A DNA stretch of 64,000 nucleotides, taken from assembly GCA_963701965.1 (NCBI GenBank), contig OY969695.1, positions 3,200,001-3,264,000 of the forward strand, in the 5' to 3' direction. Of the stretch, positions 10,448 through 20,144 are shown piece after piece. The position numbers and the translations under genes are program-made. This stretch comes from an uncultured Gemmatimonadales bacterium (lineage in GTDB: Bacteria > Gemmatimonadota > Gemmatimonadetes > Gemmatimonadales > Gemmatimonadaceae). Within the stretch, counting starts at the first letter, position 1. The number at the start of each line of letters is the position of its first letter. The notes under the pieces were generated by a model, which ran no database searches, was not told the origin of the DNA, and saw nothing but the letters and a program-made list of their open reading frames with translations.

Positions 10448-12907
10448 TCACGACGGCGGGGCGGCCAACCGTGCGCGCTGCAACGTCGCTTGGGTGGGGC
10501 GGCCCCACGCCTGGTAGAGTCCGGCGAGACGTTTGACGTTGGCTTGCGTCCGGGGATGGGCGAGCCCGAGCCGGCTCACAAAGATGGTATCGGCGGCGAG
10601 CGCAAGCCGCTCGGCCTTGGCGTACTGATGGACGAGGACATCGTGGTCGGCGAGCACGCCTTCCGAGCTGGCGACGAGCCAACTGTCGGCCGGCAGGTAC
10701 CGGCGCCGGAGCGCCAGACTCTCCTCCAGTGCCTTTCGACCGCCCGTCGTATCAGACAGGTGATCGAGGCACCTGCCGAGCGTCTGCAGCGACGTGGCGA
10801 TCGACGGGTGGCTCTCCGGCAGCGTTTTGCCGCGAAGCGCCAGCACCTGGCGGCTCAAATCGGCGGCCTGCTGATATCGTCCTTGCTCGAGAGTAAACAT
10901 TGCGTAGTTGAACACCGTCCACGTGTACTGCGGGTGCTCGGGGCCGAGCAGTTTGCGCCGGAGCGCCAACACATTGAGATAGGCGCTCTCCGCCGCGACG
11001 TTCTTCCCTTGGATGTCGAGCGCTGTCGCCAGCGCGTCCTTGGCGTCGGCGACCTGCGTGTTCGGGTCGGGATGGTTGGCTTGGAGTATGGCGAGGGCGC
11101 TGCGGTGGAGGGACTCCGCGGCGACCCAGCGATTTTGCTCGCCCAGTGCGACCGCGACGTCGCCCATGGTGAGCGCGACCTGGTCGGCGTGGTCGCCCAG
11201 CTGCTGGCGAAAGATGGCGAGCGCCTGGCGGTGGAGCGCTTCGGCCTCCGGGATGCGGCCTTTGCCGTGGGCCACGCTGCCCGACGCGTCCAAGAGCAGC
11301 GCGAGCAGCGTATCCGGCTTGGCCGACAGCGAGCGCCGCAAGGCGATCGCCTGTTGGATGACGGTATCGGCGCGGTCGAAGTCGTTGGCATCGACGTACG
11401 CGTCGCCGAGGTGCCGCAGGGCGGCGACTGTCGCGATGCTGCGTGGGCCATCGATTTGCCGGTGTTCGCCCAAGGCCGATCGGAACTCGCGCGCCGCATC
11501 GTCATAGCGGCCGAGCGAGAGGTAGCTCTCGCCGATGACGGTCTCCAAGTCCGAGCGCACGTCCGGCTGGGCGCCGAGCTCCGTCTCGATGCGCCGCGCC
11601 GCGGAGTCGAGCACCTCGGACACGGGCACGTCCCGTCCACCCATGGCCGGGCGGACGGAGCTCAAGAGCGTGCGGAGGAAGCTGTTGACGCGTTCCGTTC
11701 GGACTTGCGCGGCGCGGGCGCGCCGCGCTTGCACCGCGGTCGTGACCGCCCCGCCCACCAGGGCGGCCAGTAACAGGATCGATGCGGCCACCATGCCGCG
11801 GTTCCGCTGCACGAATTTGCGCAGCCGATATCCGGCCCAATCGCGTTCGGCGTCGACGGGCAGTCCGTTCAGTTGGCGCCGGAGATCTTCGGCGAGCGCG
11901 GCCACCGAGGCGTAGCGGCGTTCCGGCTCGGAGCGGAGCGCCATCAAGATGATGTTGTCCAACTCGCCCCTGAGGCGTCGCCGGCGACGCGGGTCGGCCG
12001 ACACGACGGCACTGGGTCGGGGGACGGGGTCGTGCAGCACGGCCCGCATGACGTCGACGGGGGTCCCGATCGTGGACACGTGCGGCCGGCGGCCGGTGCA
12101 TAGCTCGAAGAGGACGACGCCGAGCGAGTAGACGTCGGACGCCGTGGTGAGCGGCTGGCCGCGAATCTGTTCGGGGCTGGCGTACTCCGGTGTGAACGGG
12201 CGGGCGCCCCCGTGGGTTAGCGGCATCGCGTCGTCTGTCCCTAAGAGTTTGGCGATGCCGAAATCGAGCAGCTTGGCCGTGCCGTCCGCGGTGATGAGAA
12301 TGTTGCCCGGCTTGATGTCGCCGTGGACGATCAGACTTTGGTGCGCATACTGGACGGCGGCGCACACCTGGCGGAACAGCACGATCCGGTCGCGGACGGA
12401 GAGGCCCCGCGCATCGCACCACGTGGTCAGCGGCTCGCCCTCGACGTACTCCATGACCAGAAAGGGGCGGCCATCCGGTGTGACGCCGCCGTCGAGGAGC
12501 GTCGCGATGTTGCGATGTTCGAGCGAGGCGAGGATCTGTCGTTCGCGGCGGAACCGGGCCACGGTCAACGCCGAGTCCAGTCCGCCCGGGACGAGCTTGA
12601 TGGCGACGCGCTTCCGGTACTGATCGTCGGCGCGGATGGCTTCGTAGACCGCGCCCATGCCGCCGCGCCCGATCAGTCGCACGATGTCGTAGGCCCCGAG
12701 TCGGGAGCCGACCAGGCGCTCCGACGTCGGCTCCGGCGACGCATCCGCGTGCTCCGCCGACGTGATCATCTCCCGCACGGCGTCGCGGAGCCCCGTGTCG
12801 CCGATCGTGGCCTGGGCCAGGTAGGCATCGCGCTCCGCCGCCGGCCGGTCCATGACCGCGTCGAACAGCGCGCGCAGGTCGCGAAGGTAGGCGGGACCGT
12901 CGGTCAT
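10448..12907 (-). CDS. Membrane Ser/Thr protein kinase with C-terminal TPR repeats
   Basis: GRGGMGAV, VAIK, HGDIKPGN, DFG, YASPEQ, DVYSLG; TM helix, then TPRs (ALALRR...HP). Start MTDGPAY overlaps the sigma-factor stop (ATGA). Confidence 0.93.
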   Translation of the reverse strand: MTDGPAYLRDLRALFDAVMDRPAAERDAYLAQATIGDTGLRDAVREMITSAEHADASPEPTSERLVGSRLGAYDIVRLIGRGGMGAVYEAIRADDQYRKRVAIKLVPGGLDSALTVARFRRERQILASLEHRNIATLLDGGVTPDGRPFLVMEYVEGEPLTTWCDARGLSVRDRIVLFRQVCAAVQYAHQSLIVHGDIKPGNILITADGTAKLLDFGIAKLLGTDDAMPLTHGGARPFTPEYASPEQIRGQPLTTASDVYSLGVVLFELCTGRRPHVSTIGTPVDVMRAVLHDPVPRPSAVVSADPRRRRRLRGELDNIILMALRSEPERRYASVAALAEDLRRQLNGLPVDAERDWAGYRLRKFVQRNRGMVAASILLLAALVGGAVTTAVQARRARAAQVRTERVNSFLRTLLSSVRPAMGGRDVPVSEVLDSAARRIETELGAQPDVRSDLETVIGESYLSLGRYDDAAREFRSALGEHRQIDGPRSIATVAALRHLGDAYVDANDFDRADTVIQQAIALRRSLSAKPDTLLALLLDASGSVAHGKGRIPEAEALHRQALAIFRQQLGDHADQVALTMGDVAVALGEQNRWVAAESLHRSALAILQANHPDPNTQVADAKDALATALDIQGKNVAAESAYLNVLALRRKLLGPEHPQYTWTVFNYAMFTLEQGRYQQAADLSRQVLALRGKTLPESHPSIATSLQTLGRCLDHLSDTTGGRKALEESLALRRRYLPADSWLVASSEGVLADHDVLVHQYAKAERLALAADTIFVSRLGLAHPRTQANVKRLAGLYQAWGRPTQATLQRARLAAPPS

Positions 12908-13476
12908 GGCGTGCCCAGCTCGCGGGCGAGCCAGGCGCGGGCGAATTGCCAGTCGCGCTTGACGGTCGCGACCGACACCGCGAGCGCCGCGGCGATATCG
13001 GGGACGTCCAGGCCGCCGAAGAATTTGAGCTCGACGACCTGGGCCCACCGCGGCTCGGCGGCGGCGAGCCGGGCGAGCGCGTCGTCGAGCGCGATCATGT
13101 CGAGGACGGGCGTGTCGCGACCGACGATGGTCTCTTCGAGCGTGACCTGAAGGGCGCCGCCGCGTTTCTGGGCATTGCGCGCGCGGGCGTGATCGACGAG
13201 CACTTGTCGCATGGCGCGCGAGGCGGCGCGCAGGAAGTGCACGCGACTGGTCGCCGAAAGGGCGGTGGTCCCGATCAGGCGCAGGTAGATCTCGTGGACC
13301 AGAGCCGTCGGCTGCAGCGTGTGGCCCGGCCGCTCCCGGCGCATATGCCGGTCGGCGATCGCGTGGAGCTCGGCGTAGATAATGGGCAGCAACTGCTCCA
13401 ACGCGGCCGGATCGCCGTAGCGCGCGTCGCCGAGCAACCGGCCTACCGTGTCGACGGTTGTCGGGTCCGCATTCAC
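12904..13476 (-). CDS. ECF sigma factor, kinase-associated type (TIGR02999/ECF43-like)
   Basis: LLPIIYAELHAIA, HTLQPTALVHEIYLRL, AMRQVLVDHAR, VELKFFGGL, TVKRDWQFARAWL. Start GTG 13476 assumed. Confidence 0.92.
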   Translation of the reverse strand: MNADPTTVDTVGRLLGDARYGDPAALEQLLPIIYAELHAIADRHMRRERPGHTLQPTALVHEIYLRLIGTTALSATSRVHFLRAASRAMRQVLVDHARARNAQKRGGALQVTLEETIVGRDTPVLDMIALDDALARLAAAEPRWAQVVELKFFGGLDVPDIAAALAVSVATVKRDWQFARAWLARELGTP

Positions 13477-13650
13477 GGGTGCGATGGTAGGACTTCGGGC
13501 GGTCGCCGTCAACGGTCACCTGTTTCGTGACGCTGATACGCAAGTGCTGATACGCCTGGGCGACTGAGCCACTGGGGCTCACGCAGCTATCCCGCAGCTC
13601 GTACAATTGTCGTCGCGATTTCAGCTAACCCACCGCGACTCGGAACCGGG

Positions 13651-15618
13651 ATGCGTATCGGACTGTTTGCCGTGGCGGGCGCCGCCACACTAGCGTGCAG
13701 CGCAGGCACGGGCCCGTCGTCCGGCACCGTAAGTGGCACGGTCACGAGCAGCCGGGGGGGCGGGCTGACGGGGCTGAAGGTCACCGTCACGCCGTCGGAC
13801 GGGGTCCCGGCCGCTACCGTGACGACGAGCGCCGGGGGGGCGTACAGTGTCACTGGCGTACCCGCCAGGGCGGGAGAAGTCGTGGTGACGGGCCAATCCA
13901 ATTTGTGTTCCGCGCCCCCGCCGGCGCAGTACACACTGAAGGGAGGCGGGAGGGCGATCGCGAACGTGACGGTTCCATGCACTGAGCCGGTCGGCACGGT
14001 TGCCGGCGCCGTCACCAACACCCTCAATTTCCCGCTCCCGATCGTCGGCGCCACCGTTATCGTGACGCCGAGCGGGCAGCGCGCGTTGCGGGTGACCACC
14101 AATTCGGGCGGCGGTTTTCGGCTCGATAGCGTCCCAATCCCAACCATCAACGCGACGGCGGGCACCGGCAGCGGCACTGTTACCGTGGGGGCGCCCCTGC
14201 CCGCCGGTTGTGCCTCGCCGGCAACGCCCACGACATATTCTGGGCTCAAACCGGACAGCGCCGTGGGCGTCTCGATCGTGCTACAGTGCCTCGGCGGTAC
14301 GCTCACACTGGCCGTTACCGGGGTTCCGATTGGCGGCGGCGTCTTGAACGGTCCCGATGGAAGCCCGATCGTGATCGCTGAATTTGGCTCGCGCACGTTG
14401 ACGTCGGTCCAACCCGGCTCGTACCTCTTGGGCGTTCCCAACTTTCACTTCGCGTTTGACTCGATCCTCGGCGTCTCTGCCACCGCCGTGGTCACGGGGA
14501 ACCCCGCCATCGTCACGCCTGGTCACTCGTCCACGATCGCCCTCGACTGGGTCGAACGTCCGGGTACCGGGCAGCTGTGGCTCACGTCGCCCAGTGGCGC
14601 GAAGGCCTACACGCCAACCGAGATCGCCCAATCGGGCACGGGGTCAGGCCGAGCGATTCCCGTCGCCGGCGGGGCCGGCGCCGTTGCATTCGACACCGTA
14701 GGAAATCTCTGGCTCACCAGCGGCTCGAGCGTCCTCGAATTCGCGGCGGCGACCTTACCCCTGCGCACCGGTGTGTTCTCGCCGCCGTCCACTCCTACGC
14801 GCGCCCTGACGTTGCCCGGCGCATCCGCCGCGGCGACGGGCGTGGCCTTCGACGAACAGGGCAACCTCTGGGTCGCTGACGTGGGACTCTCCCGCCTCGT
14901 CGAGTATGCGGCATCCGATCTCGCGACGTCGGGCACCATCGCGCCGCGCGTGATCATCGCGAGCACTGGGCCGCCAGCCACCGGCCCACGCTTGCTGGCG
15001 CCATTCCGGCTCGCATTCGACCACGGCAACCTCTGGGTCGCCGACACGCTGGCCCACTGCGTCCTGATGTACACCGCCGCGCAACTCGGGGCGAGCGGCG
15101 CCCCGACTCCGTCCGCCTTGTCGACGACAGCCGCTCTGCCAGGCGGCGGACCCTACGCCGTTGCGTTCGACATCTCCGACTTCCTGTACGCTGGCGGGAT
15201 GTCGGCCGAAGGGCCGCCTGGGGAAGATTCGGCCTTGGTCGCCGTGTATGCGCAGGGTGGGAGCACGCCGCTATTCATGCTGCGGATGCCCGGAGCCACG
15301 TTTCCGCCCGGCACCCGCCCCGCCAGCGTTCCGGTGCGCGACATCGTCATGGACGAAAGCTTCGGTGTCTGGATTCTCGCCAACAACCATCTCGCCTACT
15401 TCACGAACGCAGCGAGCCACCTCGGGGGCGGCCCCACCATCGTCGCGGCTGTGAACGGAGAGACCGGGCTCGCCTTCGATGTCGCGCCCCCTGGACTTCC
15501 GCTGTTCGGCAGCGCCGCGCGCGTGACTGGCCGGCAGGGTCCCGTGTCGATCCGCGCGAAGCGGTCATCGCAACGGCAGTCGCGATCAACGGAGATCGAA
15601 GGCGAGCGCCGGCGTTGA
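13651..15618 (+). CDS. Lipoprotein with two carboxypeptidase-regulatory-like domains and NHL-like beta-propeller
   Basis: Lipobox TLAC; repeats VAFDTVGNLWLT / VAFDEQGNLWVAD / LAFDHGNLWVAD / VAFDISDFLYA. Confidence 0.75.
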   Translation: MRIGLFAVAGAATLACSAGTGPSSGTVSGTVTSSRGGGLTGLKVTVTPSDGVPAATVTTSAGGAYSVTGVPARAGEVVVTGQSNLCSAPPPAQYTLKGGGRAIANVTVPCTEPVGTVAGAVTNTLNFPLPIVGATVIVTPSGQRALRVTTNSGGGFRLDSVPIPTINATAGTGSGTVTVGAPLPAGCASPATPTTYSGLKPDSAVGVSIVLQCLGGTLTLAVTGVPIGGGVLNGPDGSPIVIAEFGSRTLTSVQPGSYLLGVPNFHFAFDSILGVSATAVVTGNPAIVTPGHSSTIALDWVERPGTGQLWLTSPSGAKAYTPTEIAQSGTGSGRAIPVAGGAGAVAFDTVGNLWLTSGSSVLEFAAATLPLRTGVFSPPSTPTRALTLPGASAAATGVAFDEQGNLWVADVGLSRLVEYAASDLATSGTIAPRVIIASTGPPATGPRLLAPFRLAFDHGNLWVADTLAHCVLMYTAAQLGASGAPTPSALSTTAALPGGGPYAVAFDISDFLYAGGMSAEGPPGEDSALVAVYAQGGSTPLFMLRMPGATFPPGTRPASVPVRDIVMDESFGVWILANNHLAYFTNAASHLGGGPTIVAAVNGETGLAFDVAPPGLPLFGSAARVTGRQGPVSIRAKRSSQRQSRSTEIEGERRR

Positions 15619-15670
15619 CGCCCGGGGTGATTGGCGTGCACGCCGCTGCCGAGAAGCGTGTGCCTGTGCA

Positions 15671-16390
15671 TTACGGGACGGACATGCTTTCGGCCACGAC
15701 CCACGCACCCGCCGTGATCGCGGCGGAGATGACCAACTCCGTCCACACGGACAGATCCGCATGCGGGCCCACGATGGCCGGAACCCACACGAGAATCGTG
15801 AACGTCCCCAACATCACCGCTTCCAGCCTCGCTGCCAAACGCGGATAGATCGAGAACAAGACACCGACGCCGGCGGCGATGTGGGCGGCGCCGGTCAGAG
15901 CGGCCCACCCCTTGGGGAACGGCAGCCACGTCGGCACCAAGGACGCCGTGTTGGCGAGATACGCAAAGTGCGACAGCCCGAAAGCGACCAGAGCGAGGCC
16001 AAAGAGCATCCGGGCTATACGCAAGCCCCTCACGCCAGTCGCGAAAAGGACCCACGCTCCGGCGACGAGCACGGCCAGCTCACCGGCGTTCTCCCAATTG
16101 ACGACGGTGAGCGGGTCCGTCGCCAACGTCGGGACCCGCAGCAGGAGCCAGATGGCGAGGTAGGCGAGCAGGATGCGCGTCGAGATCGCGGCCGTAGGTC
16201 GGAACAGGAGACCGGCACCGCCTCCCAGCAGGATGATGCCCGAAGCGTAGGCGCACCCTCGCGGCCACGGGACCCATGCCGGGACTGAATACCACGCCAC
16301 GCCTAGATTCCCGTAGACGAGAGCGAGGATGCCGAGACCCATGATCCCCAGCGCGAAGAGCATCCGGGCGAGCTGCTGGTTTCGGGTCAT
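15671..16390 (-). CDS. DoxX-like integral membrane protein
   Basis: Internally duplicated hydrophobic halves (ARMLFALG.../ARMLFGLA...SHF, VPAWVPW/VPTWLPF). Confidence 0.75.
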   Translation of the reverse strand: MTRNQQLARMLFALGIMGLGILALVYGNLGVAWYSVPAWVPWPRGCAYASGIILLGGGAGLLFRPTAAISTRILLAYLAIWLLLRVPTLATDPLTVVNWENAGELAVLVAGAWVLFATGVRGLRIARMLFGLALVAFGLSHFAYLANTASLVPTWLPFPKGWAALTGAAHIAAGVGVLFSIYPRLAARLEAVMLGTFTILVWVPAIVGPHADLSVWTELVISAAITAGAWVVAESMSVP

Positions 16391-16462
16391 GCGCTAAGCT
16401 ACGCGACCCATAGATGATATTTGGTCTGACTACCAGCATGCTGCTTGGTACGGCGCGTCGCC

Positions 16463-17149
16463 TCAGCGCAGCTCCACGTCGACCGTGATGTCGAGCGCTC
16501 TCCGGAATCCGCGCCGACCCTGAGACGTGACGGAGAGCGCGCGGTTTGCCTTCGACCGTTCGAGCCAGCCGGCCTCGATCCATCGCGTCGCCAGCGCCGC
16601 GCCGAGGGCGCCAGCCAAGTGGTGTCGCCGCTCGCTCCAATCGAGGCAGGGGCGCGCCATGGCTCGTCGCGAGCGACCCGCGACCGTCGCGACCTCGACG
16701 CCCAATTCGGCGAACGTGCGGGTGCCGGCGAGTGTCACCGTAAACGCGTCACCGGCCAGCATGAGGGCACCGCGCGCGATGAGCACATCGGTCACGCGGA
16801 CGCCGAGCGCGCCAGCCAAGTGGTCGTAGCAGGTGCGCGCGAGGCGGAGGGCTGAGGGCATCTGGAGATCCGGCGGCACGGCCGGCGGGACAGCGGCCAG
16901 TGCCTCCAAAGCCGCCACTACCGCCGGGTTTGCCAACCGGTAGTATCGAAGCCGGCCGCGGCGTTCGACGGCGAGGAGGCCGGCGGCGACGAGCTTCGTC
17001 AAATGTGCCGTCGCCGCGCTCGGGCTCACGTGGCCGGTTTCGGCCAGGACACCTGCCGGCAGGTGCCGGCCGTCGCTGACCGCCCACAGCATGGCCACGC
17101 GGGCGCGGTCGGCGAGCAGCCCGGCGATTGGTGCGATGTCCAGGTCCAT
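16463..17149 (-). CDS. ArsR/SmtB-family winged-helix regulator with C-terminal ARTCYDHLAG/CLDWSERRHHLAG domain
   Basis: LLADRARVAML...HLTKLVAAGLL...RYYRL HTH plus the conserved C-terminal motifs. Confidence 0.9.
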   Translation of the reverse strand: MDLDIAPIAGLLADRARVAMLWAVSDGRHLPAGVLAETGHVSPSAATAHLTKLVAAGLLAVERRGRLRYYRLANPAVVAALEALAAVPPAVPPDLQMPSALRLARTCYDHLAGALGVRVTDVLIARGALMLAGDAFTVTLAGTRTFAELGVEVATVAGRSRRAMARPCLDWSERRHHLAGALGAALATRWIEAGWLERSKANRALSVTSQGRRGFRRALDITVDVELR

Positions 17150-17162
17150 GCCTGGAACGTAA

Positions 17163-17200
17163 CGCCGCGGCATTTCAACGAAGAGTGAAATGACGCGGCG
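17163..17200. promoter_or_regulatory. Inverted repeat, probable ArsR operator
   Basis: CGCCGCG-G-CATTTCA-N8-TGAAATG-A-CGCGGCG in the short intergenic gap between the divergent ArsR and hydrolase genes. Confidence 0.65.
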
Positions 17201-17212
17201 ATAGGATCCGCG

Positions 17213-19288
17213 ATGCGCCTTTTCATGGTCTCACTCTTCGCCGCTGCCGCGTTGCGCGCGCAGACGGTCGTCCGCGTGCCCGTCGACTCGACGGGCCTCC
17301 GCGTCGCGCTCTGGCACGAGGCCGCGTCGCGGCCGGGCACGCACGCGCCGGTCCTGTTTGTCCACGGCGCGTCATTCCCGTCGTCCCTTGCCGCCGGATT
17401 CAAGTTCGATGGCGTCTCGTGGATGGACCACCTGGCAGCCCGCGGCTTCGATGTGTGGGCGCTCGATTTCCTGGGCTACGGCGCATCGGATCGCTACCCG
17501 GCGATGCGCGAGCCGGCCGGCGCCCACGCGCCCCTCGGGCGGAGCGCGGATGCCGCCCGCCAAATCGCGGCCGCGGTGGCCTACATCGAGCGACAACGCC
17601 GCGCTCCACGCGTGTCGATCGTCGCGCACTCGTGGGGCACGATGCCGGCCGGCCTGTTCGCCGCCACGCACGCGCCCCAAGTCGACCGCCTCGTGCTCTT
17701 CGGCCCCGTCGCCGCACGGCACGAGGCGCCCGACACGACGCGCTTCGAGGCATACTGGTTCGTGACCGAGGAGGCGCAGCGGGCACGGTTCTACGGCTAT
17801 GTACCGGCCGGCGAGCGGCCAGTGCTCGATCCGCGATACTTCGCTACCTGGGGTCCCGCGTACATGGCGACCGATGCGACGAGCCGCACCCGCACGCCGG
17901 CCAGTGTCGCGGTGCCAACCGGGCCGCTGGTGGATCTCGACGAAGCGTGGCAGGGACATCTGACATACGATCCCGCGGCCATCACGGTTCCGGTGCTCAT
18001 CGTGCGCGGCGAATGGGACACCGTCACGCGCGATGGCGATGCCGCCTGGTTGTTCAGCGCGCTGACGCACAGCCCGATCAAGCGCGACGTCAAGATCAGC
18101 CGCGGCACGCACGTCATGCACCTGGAAGCGGCCCGCTATCAGTTGTATCGCGAGGTCGAGACGTTCCTGGGCGCGGACGATACGCCGCGGGTCCGGTCGA
18201 TCGCCATCGCCGGTTTCGGCGCTCTGACCGGTCCCGTGCATGCGTTCGGCGAGAACAGCCGCGCGGCGCTGACCGCGGCCGCCGAGTGGATCAACGCGCA
18301 CGGAGGGATTCGCCTTGGCGACGGCGCCATGGGCCGATTCGACGTGACGTACGACGACGATCACTGCGCCCCGGCCGATGCCGCCGCGCTTGTGCAACGC
18401 TATACGGCCAGCGACGCGCTCATCGCGATCGGACCGAGTTGTTCGTCGGTCGCCGAACCCCTGTACCCGACGCTCGGCATGCCCGTGTTCACGGACGGCG
18501 CGACGAAGGCGAACCTGGCGCGCCTTTCCCCATGGGCGTTCCGCAATGCGCCAAACGAGGCCGACATGTATGCGGCGCTCTGGCGTTGGGTCCGGCGCCA
18601 GTATCCTGCTCTCCGCACGGTGTACGGCGGCCAGGAGGCCGACTTCGCCCATTCGCACGCCACGTGGGCGAATATCATGGCGCCCGCGGCGCGGACCGCG
18701 GGCTTGGACGTGGTCGGCGTCGCCGATTGGTCGATTCGAGACACTGTCTTTGCGAGCCCGGTCGCCCAGATGAAGACCGCGCATCCCGACATCGTGGTGC
18801 TGGCCTCGCACCCGGCGACGACGTGCGCCGTGCTCGCCGAGATGCACCGGCAGGGTGTGCGGCCCCGGCTCGTGGTGGGGTTGACGTCGAGCGCGACGCC
18901 TACGACGTTGGCGCAGTGCGGGAAGGACGCCGACGGTCTCCTCATCCCCACAAGCTTTGCGCCCATCACTCCCGCGGCTCGCGCGGCGGCCCGGGCCGTG
19001 CGGCGAGCCGGGGGCGTCCCGGATCTCCACTGCATGGCCGCGTGGGAAATTCTCTTCGCGCTCAAATCCGTCATGGAACGCGAACGGATCACGGGAGTCC
19101 CCCAGCGCCGGGACGCCGAGCGCCTGATCCTGCGCGACGGGTTGGCCCGAATGACGACGATGTCCGGTCTCCTTGGCACGATTCAACGGACGCCGGAACG
19201 CGAGTCGCAGAAACCGTTCGTGTTCGTCCAAGCGGAGGCCGACCACTGGGTGGTGAAGTTCGGCCCAATGTCCGCAACATCGCGATAG
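17213..19288 (+). CDS. Fusion: secreted alpha/beta hydrolase + LivJ-like ABC substrate-binding domain
   Basis: N-half VHGAS, LDFLGYG, AHSWG, GEWD, GTHVMHLE; C-half IAGFGALTGPVHAFG...INAHGGI...YDDDHCAP, IGPSCSS, FRNAPN. One continuous ORF. Confidence 0.85.
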   Translation: MRLFMVSLFAAAALRAQTVVRVPVDSTGLRVALWHEAASRPGTHAPVLFVHGASFPSSLAAGFKFDGVSWMDHLAARGFDVWALDFLGYGASDRYPAMREPAGAHAPLGRSADAARQIAAAVAYIERQRRAPRVSIVAHSWGTMPAGLFAATHAPQVDRLVLFGPVAARHEAPDTTRFEAYWFVTEEAQRARFYGYVPAGERPVLDPRYFATWGPAYMATDATSRTRTPASVAVPTGPLVDLDEAWQGHLTYDPAAITVPVLIVRGEWDTVTRDGDAAWLFSALTHSPIKRDVKISRGTHVMHLEAARYQLYREVETFLGADDTPRVRSIAIAGFGALTGPVHAFGENSRAALTAAAEWINAHGGIRLGDGAMGRFDVTYDDDHCAPADAAALVQRYTASDALIAIGPSCSSVAEPLYPTLGMPVFTDGATKANLARLSPWAFRNAPNEADMYAALWRWVRRQYPALRTVYGGQEADFAHSHATWANIMAPAARTAGLDVVGVADWSIRDTVFASPVAQMKTAHPDIVVLASHPATTCAVLAEMHRQGVRPRLVVGLTSSATPTTLAQCGKDADGLLIPTSFAPITPAARAAARAVRRAGGVPDLHCMAAWEILFALKSVMERERITGVPQRRDAERLILRDGLARMTTMSGLLGTIQRTPERESQKPFVFVQAEADHWVVKFGPMSATSR

Positions 19289-19298
19289 CTTATTGGGC

Positions 19299-20144
19299 GT
19301 GCCGAACGCGTCATTCGTCGTCAAGCTCGTCGTGGTACCGGCCCTGATCGCGGTCGCGAGCCTGGTCGGTCGACGTTGGGGCCCGCGCGCCGGTGGCTGG
19401 TTTGTCGCGCTGCCGCTCACATCGGGCCCCACCATCCTGCTGCTGACGCTGGAACGCGGACCAGCGTTCGCCCACGCGGCGTGCGTGGGCGCGCTCCTGG
19501 CGACGATCTCGCTCTCGGCATTCGCCCTCGCCTACGGGCGCGCCGCGCGTCGTCTGTCATGGGCGTGGAGTACCGCATCGGGATGCGCGGCGTACGTGGT
19601 CTCGACCGCCCTGCTGTCGCGCCTCCCCGCCACGTTGGGTTGGACGTGCGTCGCCGTCTGCGCGATCCTCGCCGTGACCGTCCGCCTCATGCCCGCCGAA
19701 CCGGGCGCGCCTCCGCGGACCGCGACGGGTGCGTGGGACATTCCGCTTCGCATGGTGCTCGCCGCCGTCTTGATCACGACCATTACCGCGTTAGCCGCGA
19801 CCGTGGGCCCAAGACTGAGTGGCCTTCTCACGCCGCTCCCCATCGCCACGACGATTCTGGCGGCGTTCACCCACCGGAGCGATGGCGGTCCGGCCGCGAG
19901 TCAGTTCCTGCGCAGCCTGGTCATCGGGCTTTTCTCGTACGCGGTGTTCGTGTTCGCGGTCGGCGTGACCGTCGGCCACTGGCCCGTGGTCACCGTGTTC
20001 ACCACGGCCTCCGTTGCTACCCTCGCGATGCACGGCGTCGTGTGGCGCTGGATGTGCATTAGGGACGGCATCCGACTGCGAGGCAGTGATGGCAAGCTCA
20101 ATGATGGGCGAATCGTCCGTAGCGGCCGCTACGGTGACCTGTGA
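19299..20144 (+). CDS. Multi-pass membrane protein of unknown function
   Basis: Two-fold repeated hydrophobic unit (RRWGPRAGGWFVALPLTSGP / TVGPRLSGLLTPLPIA). Confidence 0.7.
   Translation: MPNASFVVKLVVVPALIAVASLVGRRWGPRAGGWFVALPLTSGPTILLLTLERGPAFAHAACVGALLATISLSAFALAYGRAARRLSWAWSTASGCAAYVVSTALLSRLPATLGWTCVAVCAILAVTVRLMPAEPGAPPRTATGAWDIPLRMVLAAVLITTITALAATVGPRLSGLLTPLPIATTILAAFTHRSDGGPAASQFLRSLVIGLFSYAVFVFAVGVTVGHWPVVTVFTTASVATLAMHGVVWRWMCIRDGIRLRGSDGKLNDGRIVRSGRYGDL

Noticed and set aside
12908..13606. N-terminal extension making the kinase ORF 1052 aa
   Set aside because: Arg-rich off-frame read through the ECF sigma gene; the real start is the ATGA overlap at 12907.
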